NCBI GenBank assembly: GCA_000934665.2
Contig: JYFJ02003617.1
Span: forward strand, 1 to 39,510
Reading direction: 5' to 3'
Source of the DNA: Catajapyx aquilonaris
Lineage: Eukaryota
Length of the DNA: 39,510 bases
In this document: in pieces, positions 21,318 through 34,413 of the stretch
How positions within the stretch are numbered: the stretch's first letter is position 1
How the letters are laid out: every line of letters starts with the position of its first letter
Notes under the pieces: generated by a model
Database searches by the model: none
Told to the model about the DNA's origin: nothing
The model's input: only the letters and a program-made list of their open reading frames with translations
Position numbers and translations under genes: made by a program

Positions 21318-21643
21318 CAGGGAGCATATACTATGTAAGAGGCGCAAACTTCTATCGGCGCCTTTGATGTTCGCGTCTCTCTGTTTATAGGACGTTGCCA
21401 AGGCCGGCGGCCATTTTGAAGTGTGTGGAACGCCAACGAGGTATAAATAGGGTACAGGCAAAAATAGGGTCCGCCATCTTTGATGACGGACCCCCGCGGA
21501 CCTTGACGGCCTGCCTGTACCCTATTTATACCTCGTTGGCGTTCCACACACTTCAAAATGGCCGCCAGCCTTGGCAACGCCCAAAACAGAGAGACGCAAA
21601 AATCAAATGTTTGCGCCTCTTATGTAGTATAATATGCTCCCTA
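21318..21643. mobile_element. Long fold-back element (about 135-bp arms with an inner hairpin)
   Basis: 21393-21460 versus 21512-21579 is a 68-bp inverted repeat with one mismatch. The outer arms (AGGGAGCATAT...AAGAGGCGCAAAC) pair with indels. No clear TSD. Confidence 0.85.
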
Positions 21644-23298
21644 AAAAATGGACGTCACTTTATAAGATGCCGGCAACATCTGAGACGTAATTTCGCGCTG
21701 AAATGTCACTGAATGACAACATTTGTAAATTACTGAGCGTGAATAATTCAACTCCGCTTACTCATTAATCACAGCTAGCCTACTTTTTTTTTAAAGAATT
21801 ACATAACTTTCTAGCCCTTCCCTTTTATTTTGATGGCCTTTTGTTTCCTTGCCTAGGAAGATGAACTGGCTGCAAACTTTGCAGGAGGAAATACAAACGT
21901 GCGAATGAGACCGTTGTGCTCACAAGCAAAGTGCATCCTCCCCAGCAATTATTGCGCAAGTCTTATTCCCATACAAGGGGGTAAGGTGTTAGAGAGCTGT
22001 TAACTTTTGGCGAGCACTAACTGTCACTCACGCCTCCAACTCGCACAGGGCAAGCATATAAAGCGTTCCTTTAGAGCCTTACCTGCTAATGAAGCAATCA
22101 GGCTCGAGAAACAGTCGACAACCCTTCGCTCAACCTGTGGGGACCTTTACTCCCTTCTGAGACTGATGGATATACGATGGATGATCTGCTTACCACTGAG
22201 ACAGGAAAGAATAAAAATAAAAGCAGAGACGGCCATTAATCACAAACGGTTACACGGCTAATTAGCACGTCCAACAAAAGTGCAGTGACCAACAGGGGTT
22301 CAAGTCCGTTTTGCATTGGAAATGAACAAGTAACGGCAGGAGCATCAGAGGAAGTAAGTCAGACATAATATTGCTTTTCAAACACTTCTCAGAACCTCAT
22401 TGGAAAATGAACGCTCAAATTTGCACACTACAGGATGTACCTGTACTGACACTTGACACAACTTTGGCACTAATTTGTTCATTACTAGTGGATTCATCAG
22501 TGCCAAACCTCGCTTCCGGGCAGAGCTTTAATGATAGCTTGAAAATTACATTTCTGCTGTATATAACTCATGTCTGCAATCCTATACAGCCCCAGACTCT
22601 CGTATGTAGCTGCGGTCCAGCTAGTATAACCGCAACTAATGTGTTGATGTTTGCACCTTCTCAGCTTCCATGATCCGAAGTCGTGTTATTCCCCCCACTG
22701 AGTCTATAACAATACTCTTATATATTTTCCCGTCGAGTTTGTGGACAGGGGGCCGTCGGACGTCCCAAGTCGCTGCTTTTACCTGTTGGTTATTACTCAA
22801 CCTGCCGGACGGATGGGCCATCAGCAGAGAGGGAAATAAACAAATCTGCGAGCTGCAAGGGGGTGCACCCTTCTTGTCATTCATACAAGTCAGCATAAAC
22901 CGGTGCTGTATGACCTGCCTGCTAAACATGTGCACTCCCGAACAAATCGCCCTGGGAATTTATGGCTGGAATCAATTCAAGTCCTCCTATGAACGGACAC
23001 AATGGATGCGGTTAGCAGTCGACTTGACAATCTGTCGAGACCAGATTGCAAATTGATTTTGGCGAATGTGAGCAGACTGCCAAAAATTTATATTAGGAAT
23101 AACAAGGGTGGTATACAAGTGCACGTGCCGGGTTTGTTGCGCAACACATAAGTATAACTAATTAAATTAATGGGTCGATCAGTATTAGTTTCGCTCTCTA
23201 CGCACACGTGTGTTCAATTAAGGAAAGCAACATGTGACATGCTGCTGACCTTCCTCTAGATGTTTTTGTTCATTCACACCTTATGGACCTACCATGTA

Positions 23299-23488
23299 CA
23301 GGGTGGTGCACTATCCAAGACTCCTCATAATTTCGCCCTTAACTTTTTCTCCACTTGAACAGATCCAAGAAAACATTCACCTGATTATTCCTTCAGTGTC
23401 AAACTTGTAGTTGCTATGCTTGGAGTGAACAATAAGTAACATCCTTTCCTGTTGGATTGCTTGGAGATTTGGCCAGTGCATCACCCTG
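23299..23488. mobile_element. Tc1/mariner-type MITE, family T
   Basis: TA|CAGGGTGGTGCACTATCCAA ... TTGGCCAGTGCATCACCCTG|TA. Confidence 0.8.
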
Positions 23489-25177
23489 TATGTGCATATA
23501 ACCCCGAAGGTAAATTACGACTAATTATTCACTCCAGCCCCCGCCATCATGAGAATGGATGCCAGAATTTTAATCCGGCGTGTTAATGGTTCCCATATTG
23601 GATGATGATGCTTTTTTTTATCTCTCTCTATACCATGAAGCACGAAAGCAGGGAACCTCCCTTTTTTCTCAGTATAAGTGCGCGTGCCCAAGGTCAGTGC
23701 CAGTACCCAGGACGTCTCTAAATTTATGGCTTATTATTATTATACATGCCATGGAAATCTAGCCCTTGCTCAAAATTAGAGATCGAGCACCCTTACACCC
23801 CTTTAGTCTCAGCCTCTTGAATATAGTAATACCCAAAAAAAAGAAATGGGTCAAAGGTCAGCTGTTTTATCATTCACGCCCTCAGCTTTTTGAAATATGA
23901 CGTAACGCAGGGATTTACCTGTAGCCTTATGCGTTAATTAGGTGCCGCTCTGGGCTTCTGCATCTCACGTGATCACTCTCATATTCAATTTTGAGCTCTC
24001 TCCCTCCTCACAATCATTTTTTTTTCGGAGGAGGAGGAGGAGGAGGAGAAGTTAGAATCATGATCATAAATGCTCTCCCACCTTGTTTTCACTTTCTCAT
24101 CCTCATTTTCACGGATAATTAGTGGCTGCACAAATAGCTGTAAATTATTGTGCGTCAGACCCCTTTTGTTTCCTTTTTTGTGTGTATCAGACAAGACACG
24201 CGCATTAGTTACGTAACTCTTTGTACGGTATGTGTATCGTCGGCTTTTCTAAAAGAACAGAGAAGCATCCCCCCCCCCCCCCTGTAATATTGTCCCTTGA
24301 AGTCTGTTATATCCTGAGTGGGAGCCACACATTACAACACAAATATGTGACTAATTATCGTGCTATTTATAAGCCATTACACGTCTAACTCTTTCATGTT
24401 CCCATATGGGGAGTGACACCCTGGTGATTTCCACATCTTCTGCGTGATTGCTCTCGTACGAGTTAACCTATGAGTCGAGTCACTTGTCCCGCACCGATAT
24501 CTCTCCTAAAGTTAATTCAATTTGTAGATAAGACGAAGGATGCACACGGCGCCAGGAGAACCTCGCTGGGGTACATATCACGTAGCGCACGGTAAATATT
24601 TGAGGTGGCAGATTATAAATGACCTGGCGATGATCGCTTCCGCGGCCAGATTCCAAGTGAGGTTGTGTACCTGTGACTTGCAGGGAGGTTGACATCCGTG
24701 ATGGATCCTATTGATGGATCACTGAGGACTGCTGCCTGGCGCCTTCACGTGTAACCCCATGCCTAACTTGTCAATGCTGCCTTCCAACTCTTTTCTTGTC
24801 TGACGGAAGAAAACGCCCTCTCATCTTCAGATTAAATCAGGCTAAGAGAGAGAGCATGTTCGGCATGTGATTTCTTCCTGGGCCTGCTGAATCAGCTCAA
24901 TTAGTTACTTATACAGTCCTTGAAACTGATAACGTTGCTAAGATCGGACGAGTATTTGCTAACAGAGAATATTGAAGACAAGGGTCATTCACACGAGCGG
25001 CGTATAGTGACGTCGAGACGTCGTCCGGTTAACGCACCGAGAAAAATGAAGCCTGGTGACTTGAATGAGTGAATAAGCCAGCATCGCCTGTCATTATCAC
25101 GTAGTAAAATGAATGACATTCATATAGGCTAGATCACTGTCTTGTTACCAACGGACGTGTCAATGTAAGAAGACTTT

Positions 25178-25277
25178 GGGTGGAATTTTTTAGTCCCACT
25201 GCTAGTTACTGCTAACTTAGCAGTACCAGTGTTGCGGATGGTTACTACTAAGCTAGCAGTGGGACGAAAGTTAACCT
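25178..25277. mobile_element. Palindromic Tourist-like MITE, family P copy 2
   Basis: GGGTGGAATTTT...GTCCCACTGCTAG-TTACTGCTAACTTAGCAGTA...CTAGCAGTGGGACGAAAGTTAACC, clearly homologous to 2236..2318. Confidence 0.65.
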
Positions 25278-25542
25278 TTTCTGTGTAAAAAGTCAGTAAA
25301 AATGTGCTGTTAAAAGGCCCTTGTGACTTGGGGAAGTACTGGCGACTTCAACTCGCGGATAAGCAACATCCCGAGATAGAACTGAGGTCAAAAAGTCAAG
25401 TCATGTCAGCATATTTTTCTATGTAGATTTCTTCCCGCTGACGGACAAGTGTAAAGATGGATGCGGATGGATGTTACCGACAGCTGATGAGCTCAACCCT
25501 CCAGGCAGTCTCGTGATGATCTCCGCAAACTTGACCATCCAT

Positions 25543-25580
25543 TCTCAAGTCAATACACAGGTTGGTGTATTGTCTCAAGT
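25543..25580. mobile_element. 22-bp hAT-like micro-element or footprint with an 8-bp direct repeat
   Basis: TCTCAAGT|CAATACAC-AGGTTG-GTGTATTG|TCTCAAGT. Confidence 0.45.
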
Positions 25581-26855
25581 TCGGAAGAGTCACATGGGAA
25601 TAAGTTTTGACGGTTAATTTTGCAAAAAAAAAAAAAAATGCTAGTCAACATGTAAAACTGGTTGCTGGAGTAAACGGTCGATTTAAAATGGGCTGTTAAG
25701 CACTATTTTTCAACTGGTTTTGTAGGTGCGTGCTGAGTCGACGATCGGAAACGAATGTGCCCTTTTGACCCCAAAGAAAATCATCCGCGTACGCCACCCT
25801 CTAAATCTATCGGTACAGAAACAGATTGGTTTCCTTTCACCAGAAATGGAGACGTATCCAATATATAACCTGGCCCCCAATATCTTCCTGGTCGGCATCT
25901 GTCTCGTCATAAAAATGTAGGCACGAGACAACCTTCTCCCTTTTAAAAAAATTCGCACCTGTGGGCCAACAGTGACCGCCTCGATCCATTAGCTCCCCCG
26001 ACGGCATCCAATCTCCTCCCGCCGAGGTCAAAAACGGATAAATTCACCTTTAAAAAAGCCAAGCCGTCTCTACAGGGGGTCTCTGACAGAGAGGGGGGTC
26101 CTTCCTGCATCTTCCCAAAAAATTGGGTTGAATTAAGTGACCCTCACGCATATACTAGGAGGGGAAATCACGCGACCTCTTCTGTTGTCTTCCGCTCTTA
26201 TTACACCTGCACAAAGTCTGAGTCTTATAAGCAACAACCCACCTCTTTGAACCACCATCAAGGTTGCTGGGACCGGAAATTAGTGTCTTGCTTTTTGGGG
26301 GTTGCAACCACCCTCTTCCAGACGGTTCCTTCCTTCCTCCTTTCGATTATGAAGGCCCACAAAGGACTGTCGCTGTCCTATTCTTTTCACCATTCTTACA
26401 ACAAAGCGATTGTGCTCGATTTTCCCACCCTTATACACACCCCGCTCTTTCAAAATAAAGGGGCCCTTTCTTTTTTTAAAAAAAGAAAAAGGTCACTAAT
26501 TTCTTGGATGATCCCGAATAGCGGATTGGGCCAGAGCCCATTTTTCCCCCAAAAAAGGAAGACAGCGAAAGTGTGAAATCAGTCAGGAGATAATTCATAA
26601 AAGGGAACCGCTGCGACCCCCAAAAAACCAGGGGGGCCCAGGTGATACTGGACCTCCCCCCCACAGCATGTTGCCCTCCATTTTTACCCCCGGCAATAAA
26701 ACACTCAAGAGCCATGTTGTTCTCACAAAGTTTATGCCACCCCACATTGAGTGGACCGTTTTGTCAAAAATTTGAGCGTAAAATTACACCTAGGGTTGCC
26801 AAGGGGAATTTCTGCTACCACTTCGTCCCTCTATACGTACATTTAATAGTATGAA

Positions 26856-27033
26856 CGCGCGATGACTCATCACCAACGTGCATGTAGTACTACTTTCCCC
26901 TTGAGAGTGACAGTAGTGTGCAGAGGGAGAGCCTATGTGTCAACTGGTAGGGGTCTATGTACTATACTTCCAAGTGGGAGGTAGGCCAAGCAGTGTTGGC
27001 AAAATTTGGCAACGAGTCCGCTACAGGCCTACT
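26856..27033 (+). mobile_element. Family H copy C
   Basis: TGACTCATCACCAACGTGCATGTAGTACTACTTTC is identical to the reverse complement of copy D, and the alignment continues to CAGTGTTGGCAAAATTTGGCAAC. Confidence 0.8.
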
Positions 27034-27045
27034 ATTAACAGAGCT

Positions 27046-27069
27046 GGGGGGGGGGGGGGGGGGGGGGNG
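27046..27069. repeat. Poly-G run containing an N (local assembly uncertainty)
   Basis: 22 G followed by N at 27068. Confidence 0.9.
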
Positions 27070-29221
27070 ATTTGGACTGTGTACCTCCAAAAGAAAAATG
27101 ATTGAATGCAACTCCCCTCTTCCTCTACCCCTCATTTGAAGACCGGTGTGGGGATATACCCTCCCAAAAAACGGGCGCCCATGCATCACACAAGTCATGC
27201 AAGGTAGGAAGTGGTGGACCGCAGAGGCCGCAGCACATGAATAGAAGCCTCCTCGTCCTATTCACGTCTCAGAGGACTACTTGACACGCGATACAACCGC
27301 CCACCCCCCAAACGGTCCCAAATGTGGAGTCCAGGTCTCCTGATAGTAATAGGCTTGTATTCGAAGCAATGCACGTGCTGGACAAGACAAGGACGTGGGA
27401 TGGTTTCTCCTTTCATCTCATACCAGATTATGGGGTGGGTGCGGCATGCATGGGGATGCCTGGAATTACAGGTGGCAAGCTCTCTTTTTCTTTCGCATGT
27501 CACTTGTCGCCTTGTACCAGCTCGTGCTGTCTATAGATGTCGACTTCAAAGCAGGTCATTATCAAAACCAGGCTATCTCATGTGTTTCCATAATGTTAAT
27601 TTCTGGTCACAGGCATCAACTCAACGCTAAATTCATATTTCCAATATATGGGTTGTACAATTCATGTACATCAACCAGAGCACCTGGATACGATGAACAA
27701 TGTTCCGCGCCTTTTTGGATCTCAAGGTCGTGATTGGGATCCTTTGGTTGGCAGGGGCCTCTTGTGGCGGCGACATTTCCGCCGTGGCTCCTACCTCGAC
27801 AATGGCCGATCCAAATGAGAGCTAATTTTTATGTCTGCCTCCCATCTTCTTTTTTTACCTGGTATGTATAACATACACATAGCCTTTTTCTTCGTAGACC
27901 TGCTGACCAGACCATTTCCGCTCGAGGTGTTTTCAAACTCAACAAGCGCAAAACTTCATTTTGGCACACTCGCAAAAAAATTTTAAAAAAGCATTCTCCG
28001 AATTTTGCATAGAGGCTAATGGAAACCGAGAAAATATATGAATCATGCCAGACGGGCCAAGAGAAAAGAGGGGTGCCTCCTCCAAAATGTATTGGCTTGT
28101 TTTCACGCCTAACTAAATTAGTTATGACTTTGTGAGCGCGGAAGGAATGTAAATATTGTGCGAGCTTCAGAAAAAGGATGGGGTGAAGATCCCCTCCTCT
28201 TTCGAAAGCACACTCGGCACCTGTTAGATGTAGGTCCATAACTCATGACTCCTTCCCTCTCTCTCAAAGGAAGAGATGAAAATCACACTTCGCTGCTCTT
28301 TTCTTCTCTCAGATTGTCTCAGACGCTACTGCTTCCAGCAGACTGCACAAAATACTCGTATAGCAAAAGCAAGTCATGTGAGAAAATAGCGCAGAATTCT
28401 TTGCTGTTTTGAGGCAAAAAAATCGCAATTTTAGTGAACACTCATCAATCTACACAGAAAAGCAGAAAAGGCTACACATTCTTTTAATCTTTCAATATCT
28501 ATAACTTTGTAATCCTTTACCAATGCTGGAATAAACGTAATAATTATATCCTAACAATTGTTTTATTTCGTTAGGAAATATTATACCATATCAAATGAAG
28601 ATATGAAATATGAATGATTAGCTACCTGAGACGCTGAGAGAAACACCATCGGTAGAATATTAGCTTTGTGCCTCTCCGTTTCAGCTACTGCACAGAATAT
28701 ATTTGCATAAATAAATATTTTTTACTTATTTTACATCGTGAACCCAACACTATACTCTGCAGTATGCACAAAATTATTCAGCAATTGAAACAGCTCCTCG
28801 GGATGAAATTGGTCAGATGCCTCATTTCTCTCTCCATTCCCCCGAAACAACAAAAAAAGAATTATTTGGGACCTCCGAAAGAGTGTTTCTCAGGTCCCCC
28901 TTTGGGTGCCTGAAATAATTTCATCACTCGGATTACGTCCGAGGGAATATATGATTTATGTGGTGGCGAGGAAATGGCTCCTGCTCCTTTTCTTTCTCTT
29001 CTCCCGACTACCTTTTGCTTGGATGGGACGGGGGACGGTGCTTCTCTCACAGGTAATAAATGAGCTGAAAAGAAGCCACTGCAAAAGGTAATGAATGAAA
29101 ATTTATGGGCCTACCTTTTGTGACCTTCCTTCACTATTGGCCAGGCCCCCAAATGCGGTGCCACTCTGATGGGGCCCACCCCATCCAAAAACATCATTTC
29201 GGCATCCAGGCAGATAATACA

Positions 29222-29405
29222 CAAGGTGGTGCAGAGCCCAAGTCCACACTCCAAAGTACAGGGTGTAAGGAAAGAACAAGCTCTGAATTGTTTATTACTT
29301 GAATGATGTAACCAGTTGACCGTATTCGCTTGTCAAGATGGTTAATTGCTGGACTAAATAAGACATAACTTATTGGACTATGGACTTGGACTATGGACTA
29401 CCCTA
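29222..29405. mobile_element. Degenerate MITE, family T
   Basis: CAAGGTGGTGCAGAGCCCAAGTCCACACTCCAA ... TTGGACTATGGACTTGGACTATGGACTACCCTA, an imperfect inverse of the left end. Confidence 0.55.
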
Positions 29406-30798
29406 TGTTCAGAAGGTAATCAAAGAGGAGGTGCAGGGGCTGCCTCAACTTTTGATTTGTTATCCCAAACTATTACAAGTAAGAGGTTACCATTCTGAAT
29501 TACACAAGCTCAAAATATTGATGCACCGAAATATCTTGGGTAAATAAAATTGAAACAAAATGATATCTACTGTACTATGCCCAAACTACTCTTTTTTGGC
29601 ATTTGTGGCAAACCGTGCAAAATTGGTCATATTTGCAGGTAAATATGATATGCAGCACGTGATGTTGACAGTCAACATGTAACCTCTTACGAAAGGGCAA
29701 AAATAAATTTACCAACATGTCATCGACCTCAAAGTAATAGGTTTTGCGATTCCGCGCATGGACAAGCACCCATCCGATTTGCAAATATAATCCTGCTGCT
29801 GCTGCTCACCTATCAGTGGACATACTGATTCAAGAATTAATCGTTCCGTCGTTTTGAAGGCAAACAATTATTTCCAAAGAATTATTTCCATGTGCATTGG
29901 AATTTTCTGTCTATGGAATCATGTCTTGGTGTCAAGTGATAAAATATTGCGTTAAGGGCACATTTATATGGGACAAAAACAGGAAACACTTGTCCAAAGG
30001 GAGCAAAATGTTGCTGAAATTGTGCGAAAATTTGCTCAAAATGTGTGCGCAAGTAGTCCTTGGGCATGTTTTCTACTCATACTGTAACATGGAAAAAAAT
30101 TAATTATTCTCTTCTTTGTAGAGAATTTTACTTCACGTCCACTTGTTAGTTTCACGAGTAATCTTTCTGATCCTTGCTACAATAGAGCCAGAAACACCTG
30201 CAGGCCCGAACGCTATATTTGCCTATTGACGTATGACATGTAAAGGGCCTCATTGATACCGACAGCTCATTGCGTTAGTAAGTACATGCGCAATTGGATA
30301 ATCCGTCTTTCTAAAAGGCAGCCAACCTTGGCTATAGAAAATGAATTCAGACCTCGCGTGGTCAAGATTATTCAGACAGCTGCCTGCTCTTTTCTGCTCG
30401 CTCGACGCAAAGTAACAACAAAAAAAGAGCACCTGCTTAGGAAAATAAAGATGGCGTGGATGACACACACACACGTACACCCAGGGCACACATAAGACAG
30501 GGCAATGCAAAAGGGGGGAGGGCAGGTGGATTGAGTCGCACCTGGGCGACTCCAGGCATCATCTGATTACCCACCGACTATTACGCAGGACAATGAGGAC
30601 TCACATATATGATGGAGGGAAACGGACTTTCATAAAATTTAATAATTATTGCTGTAGGCTTCAGCATGTAACGGATTGGATTATACGTAGTATGGAAATG
30701 TTCTCTCGTATAAACGAAAAGTGGACCTGGTCTAATAGACCATTTCCATAGATAATATTTCAAAGCACAAAAATTGATTGCATCCCAATATGAAGGAA

Positions 30799-31079
30799 CT
30801 AGCAGGGGACTGGTTCGTCTTACTGTCATTGATGAATAAATGAACACCACATATTGTCGTAATTGCCAAACATCAGTAAAAACCAAACAAAAAAATTTGG
30901 GTATGTACTGTACTTATACTCAAAAAGTGTATAGTTTTCAGACTTTCCCCTAAATCAGACGTAAGGCGTTGACGTGCCAAGTTTCAGCACTCTCATTGTC
31001 AGTATGCTCTACTCCGGAAGTGGGTAAGGTAGCCCAGATGATCATAAATACCAACAAACTTTCAGCTTTATATTTAAGA
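30799..31079 (-). mobile_element. Non-autonomous Helitron-like element, family L copy 2 (apparently complete)
   Basis: Minus strand reads A|TCTTAAATATAAAGCTGAAAGTTTGTTGG ... CCCCTGCTAG|T: 5'-TC, 3'-CTAG, inserted between A and T with no TSD. The 5' end resembles Lep1-type Helitrons; the 3' hairpin is weak. Confidence 0.7.
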
Positions 31080-33034
31080 TTCTGCTGGTATTTTTAAGTA
31101 TATTTTGCTTTGTACATACACAATTCATGATATGTGTCTCTGATTAGCAAGTGTAGCAGGTGGACCTCGTCCAGTTTTCGTGTTCGTGTGAATGACCTGC
31201 AATGAGTATTTCTGAACGGTTGCGTTGCCACTTCTGAAAGATCTGGCTACCTCTCTTTTTTTACATTGTTGTTGTTGTTGTTGTTGGGGGGTGCGCAGGT
31301 GATTTCAAGCCTGTTTTGGGAGACAAACTCCTTGTAGAATCTTAAAAAAATCGGGGGCGAGTGGCTCAAACTAACCTCGTTTTAGGCCGCCTTCCACAAA
31401 TATCCTTCTTATAACCTCCGCCTTTGACGTGAGTCGATTTTCGTTAAGGGGCCACCACGGTTACCGTTACCGAAATACCTTGTAATGCTAATGTCCTCGG
31501 CTCTGCCACGCTTTGAAACCCTAATGACTGACGATTAGTTCGGTTATGTGGAGAGGGATCCTTTGGAGAGAAAGCCAGAAGTAACCCAAATATACGAGTC
31601 GCTTATAAATCACCTTATTTTTCTAAACAATTAGAACACAGGCATTCACGCAAGATACACTGTGTATAAAACAATCATTTTGTAGAACCTGAAGCATAAG
31701 TACTGTTCAATTAGGAAGTTCTGTATAATTTTAAAAAGTAACCTTTACTTTCGCTGGTATTGAAAGTCCAGAGAATCACAAAGAATTATCTTAAATTTCT
31801 TTTATTGTTAGAAACCCTTAGCAATAATATGTGCAAACATTTTCAATAATTTCTAAAAAAATATTGCAGTATTTGAAATGGTGTACATTTGAGAGTCGAT
31901 ATCCAAGCATATCTTGGCTTATGGAACGTTTTAAGATTATTAACAATAAATTTCTCGCATGCTTATAATGCCATGGAATTCTCGCAAACCTGTTATCTGG
32001 CACCTGCCCAGGTTGGCAACCCTTACACCTTCAATAACGAGGCAGCCGGACCTACAGCACCGAACTTCATCTTTGGTAATTAATGCCCAGCAATGTCGTT
32101 CACACACGCACTTAAAAAAAATTGTCCTTTTGTTATACCTCTTCCCGACTTCATAAAAACAACGAATGTTTCTCACATCATTGTGGGGTGGCTTTGGAGA
32201 TAGGTATAGGCGGTCATTTTCGCAGCTTTTGTGCAGCAATTAGAGGCCTATAAATCCCAGCGGCACTATTCCTTTGAAGACTTATACCATTCCGTCTTCA
32301 TTTGCATGAACTGGACTGGATTTATCAATGAACAGCATCACGGAAGGAATCCCAATTAAATCTCGTTATCATTGCTGAGGTTCGAGAATCACGCATGCTG
32401 GAGCAGGGTTAAGATGAGAGAAAGAGAGAGAGAAAAAAAGCTGCTTAGTCCTCTTTTTTTCCAGGATCTCTGGGACTGCCAGGAATTAGGAGGAATCAAT
32501 GACAACTTGCTCCGTGTAATTCAAACAAGCCGAGAACAAGTATTTAGAGCAAGGGAACCGGGGGATGGCACATAATAACAAGGAGCAGGCTGTCGGAGGG
32601 AACGAGCACCAATCTTCTCCTTCTCCCCATAAACATCTGGATTACTGTGCTTAGGCAAAGAGAAGCGGAGGACAAAATCCTCTCCAGCCATTACCAGCAT
32701 TATGGAGGTAACTCACTGGGCAGTAAGCAGGCTTTTATGAATATATCAGTTGCGCTAACAAGGCTCTCTCTAACGATAGCTTTGGCTAACCTCCGCATGA
32801 TTAGGAAAACGGTTGAGACAGTTATCGCCCAGTTACAGCGAAGGATGAGCAAAAACTGAGATGATAACTGAGTCATCTTGATATGAACACCCTTAAGCAT
32901 TCCAATCTAGCAACAATGTTTCGACTAATTTTGTGATGAAAAAAAAAAGGTAGTGTGTGTCAGGTGTACAGTGCTACTCATGTCATCCAAATCAGCCAAT
33001 CCGCAACTATAGGAATTGCTACTCCTCATTAGAC

Positions 33035-33488
33035 AATAATTATGACAATTAATAATCGAATAAATAAAGTAAAAACACATAAATACAAATCCACAAATAA
33101 GCCCATAATTGAGATGTAAATAAATAAACATATTGAAATATGAATAATTAACAAAATCTGAACTATAAATAATTCAGAAATAATAAATAAATAATTAGTG
33201 AAATATGAAATAATAAATAAATAATTAGTGAAATATGAAATAATAAAGAAAATAATTACCAATTAATAAAATAATAAAGAAGATAATTACTAATAAATAA
33301 AATAATAAGCAATATGTAATAAATAAACTAATACATAAAATAATAAATAATTAGTGAAATGTTACATAATTAATAAAATAATAAGTAATTATTAAAATAT
33401 GAAATAATGAATGAAATAATAAGTAATTAGTGAAATGTTAAATAATAAATATGAAATAAAATACATAAATATTATGTATATTATTATT
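33035..33488. repeat. A-rich low-complexity minisatellite with a 30-bp unit
   Basis: TAATAAATAAATAATTAGTGAAATATGAAA occurs twice exactly at 33181-33240, with degenerate copies around it. Confidence 0.9.
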
Positions 33489-34413
33489 ACTGCCAATGTA
33501 TCATGAGTATGAAGGACTTGGTGTACCACAATGTTTGTAAATAGACCCTTACCGTATGCCAATTTTGAATTTTACGATTGTTGTGCAAACGGCAGCACAC
33601 TAGGTCATTTGGATAAGTTATATGACCAACAGGGATACCATTTTTGCATTTTTAGCAGGTGGGCCCCCTTTCGTCGTTGTTAAGCTTATCGCCTGACGCA
33701 TTGTGTGTAATAAGAGACCGCTTTTAAACCGTGGCAGCAACTCGAGGATGCAAAGCAATAATGTCAGCCGGAATAAAATAATGAAGGAGGCCCGCCTGTG
33801 CAGAAGTATATGTTTGCTACTGTATAACGAGAAGGGGGTTAGTGCAGGGGTTATGGCCTTTATTTCCTTTTTTCGAATGCTCTTAGAGAAATGGCCGCGT
33901 CAGTCGCTACTGGTGAAATACGCAGACCTAGACCATTCTTCCTTAATGAGGGAAGCCCCCCCACTCTGCTGCTCGGGCCCAACAAAAGGAACAAATTTTC
34001 TCCAGAGTAGGAAAACAGAAGCCATTAATTTCTCTTTTTTTCCTCCCATCCTACCCCAACCCCCACATCTGACCCTTTTTTCCTGCTGTAACAACTTAGA
34101 TTTGGGCTAATCTTCATTAAGTAATGAATGGCTTAATAAGGTGTTACCACCGGAGTGGTGCAGAAAGGAGTTCCTCACAGGGTTGTATTTTTTTATTCCC
34201 TCTCATTCTGCGCCGTGTCTCACCTCCAGATGAAAAATCACCATCCCTTCTGCCTTATGTCATAATTTCCGTATCCCCCCCCCCCCCATCACTTCCCCCT
34301 ACAATATTCAACACCTTCCAGTGGTTCAGAGGGGGACCACCCATCCCTACAAACACCACAAGTGGACCCAATCAGAACGGTGAGACAGCACTACAGCGTG
34401 TGAATGCAAAACA

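Noticed and set aside
21290..21712. Two opposing ORFs with near-identical peptides (AAILKCVERQRGINRVQA)
   Set aside because: Artefact of the inverted repeat; the same applies to 12251..12643.
22250..22310. GGTTCAAGTCC resembling a Pol III B box (tRNA/SINE)
   Set aside because: No convincing A box, cloverleaf or second copy.
29577..30067. Short inverted match ATGCCCAA..ACTACT as element termini (similarly 28304/28643)
   Set aside because: Only about 14-18 bp with gaps, no TSD and no clear second copy.
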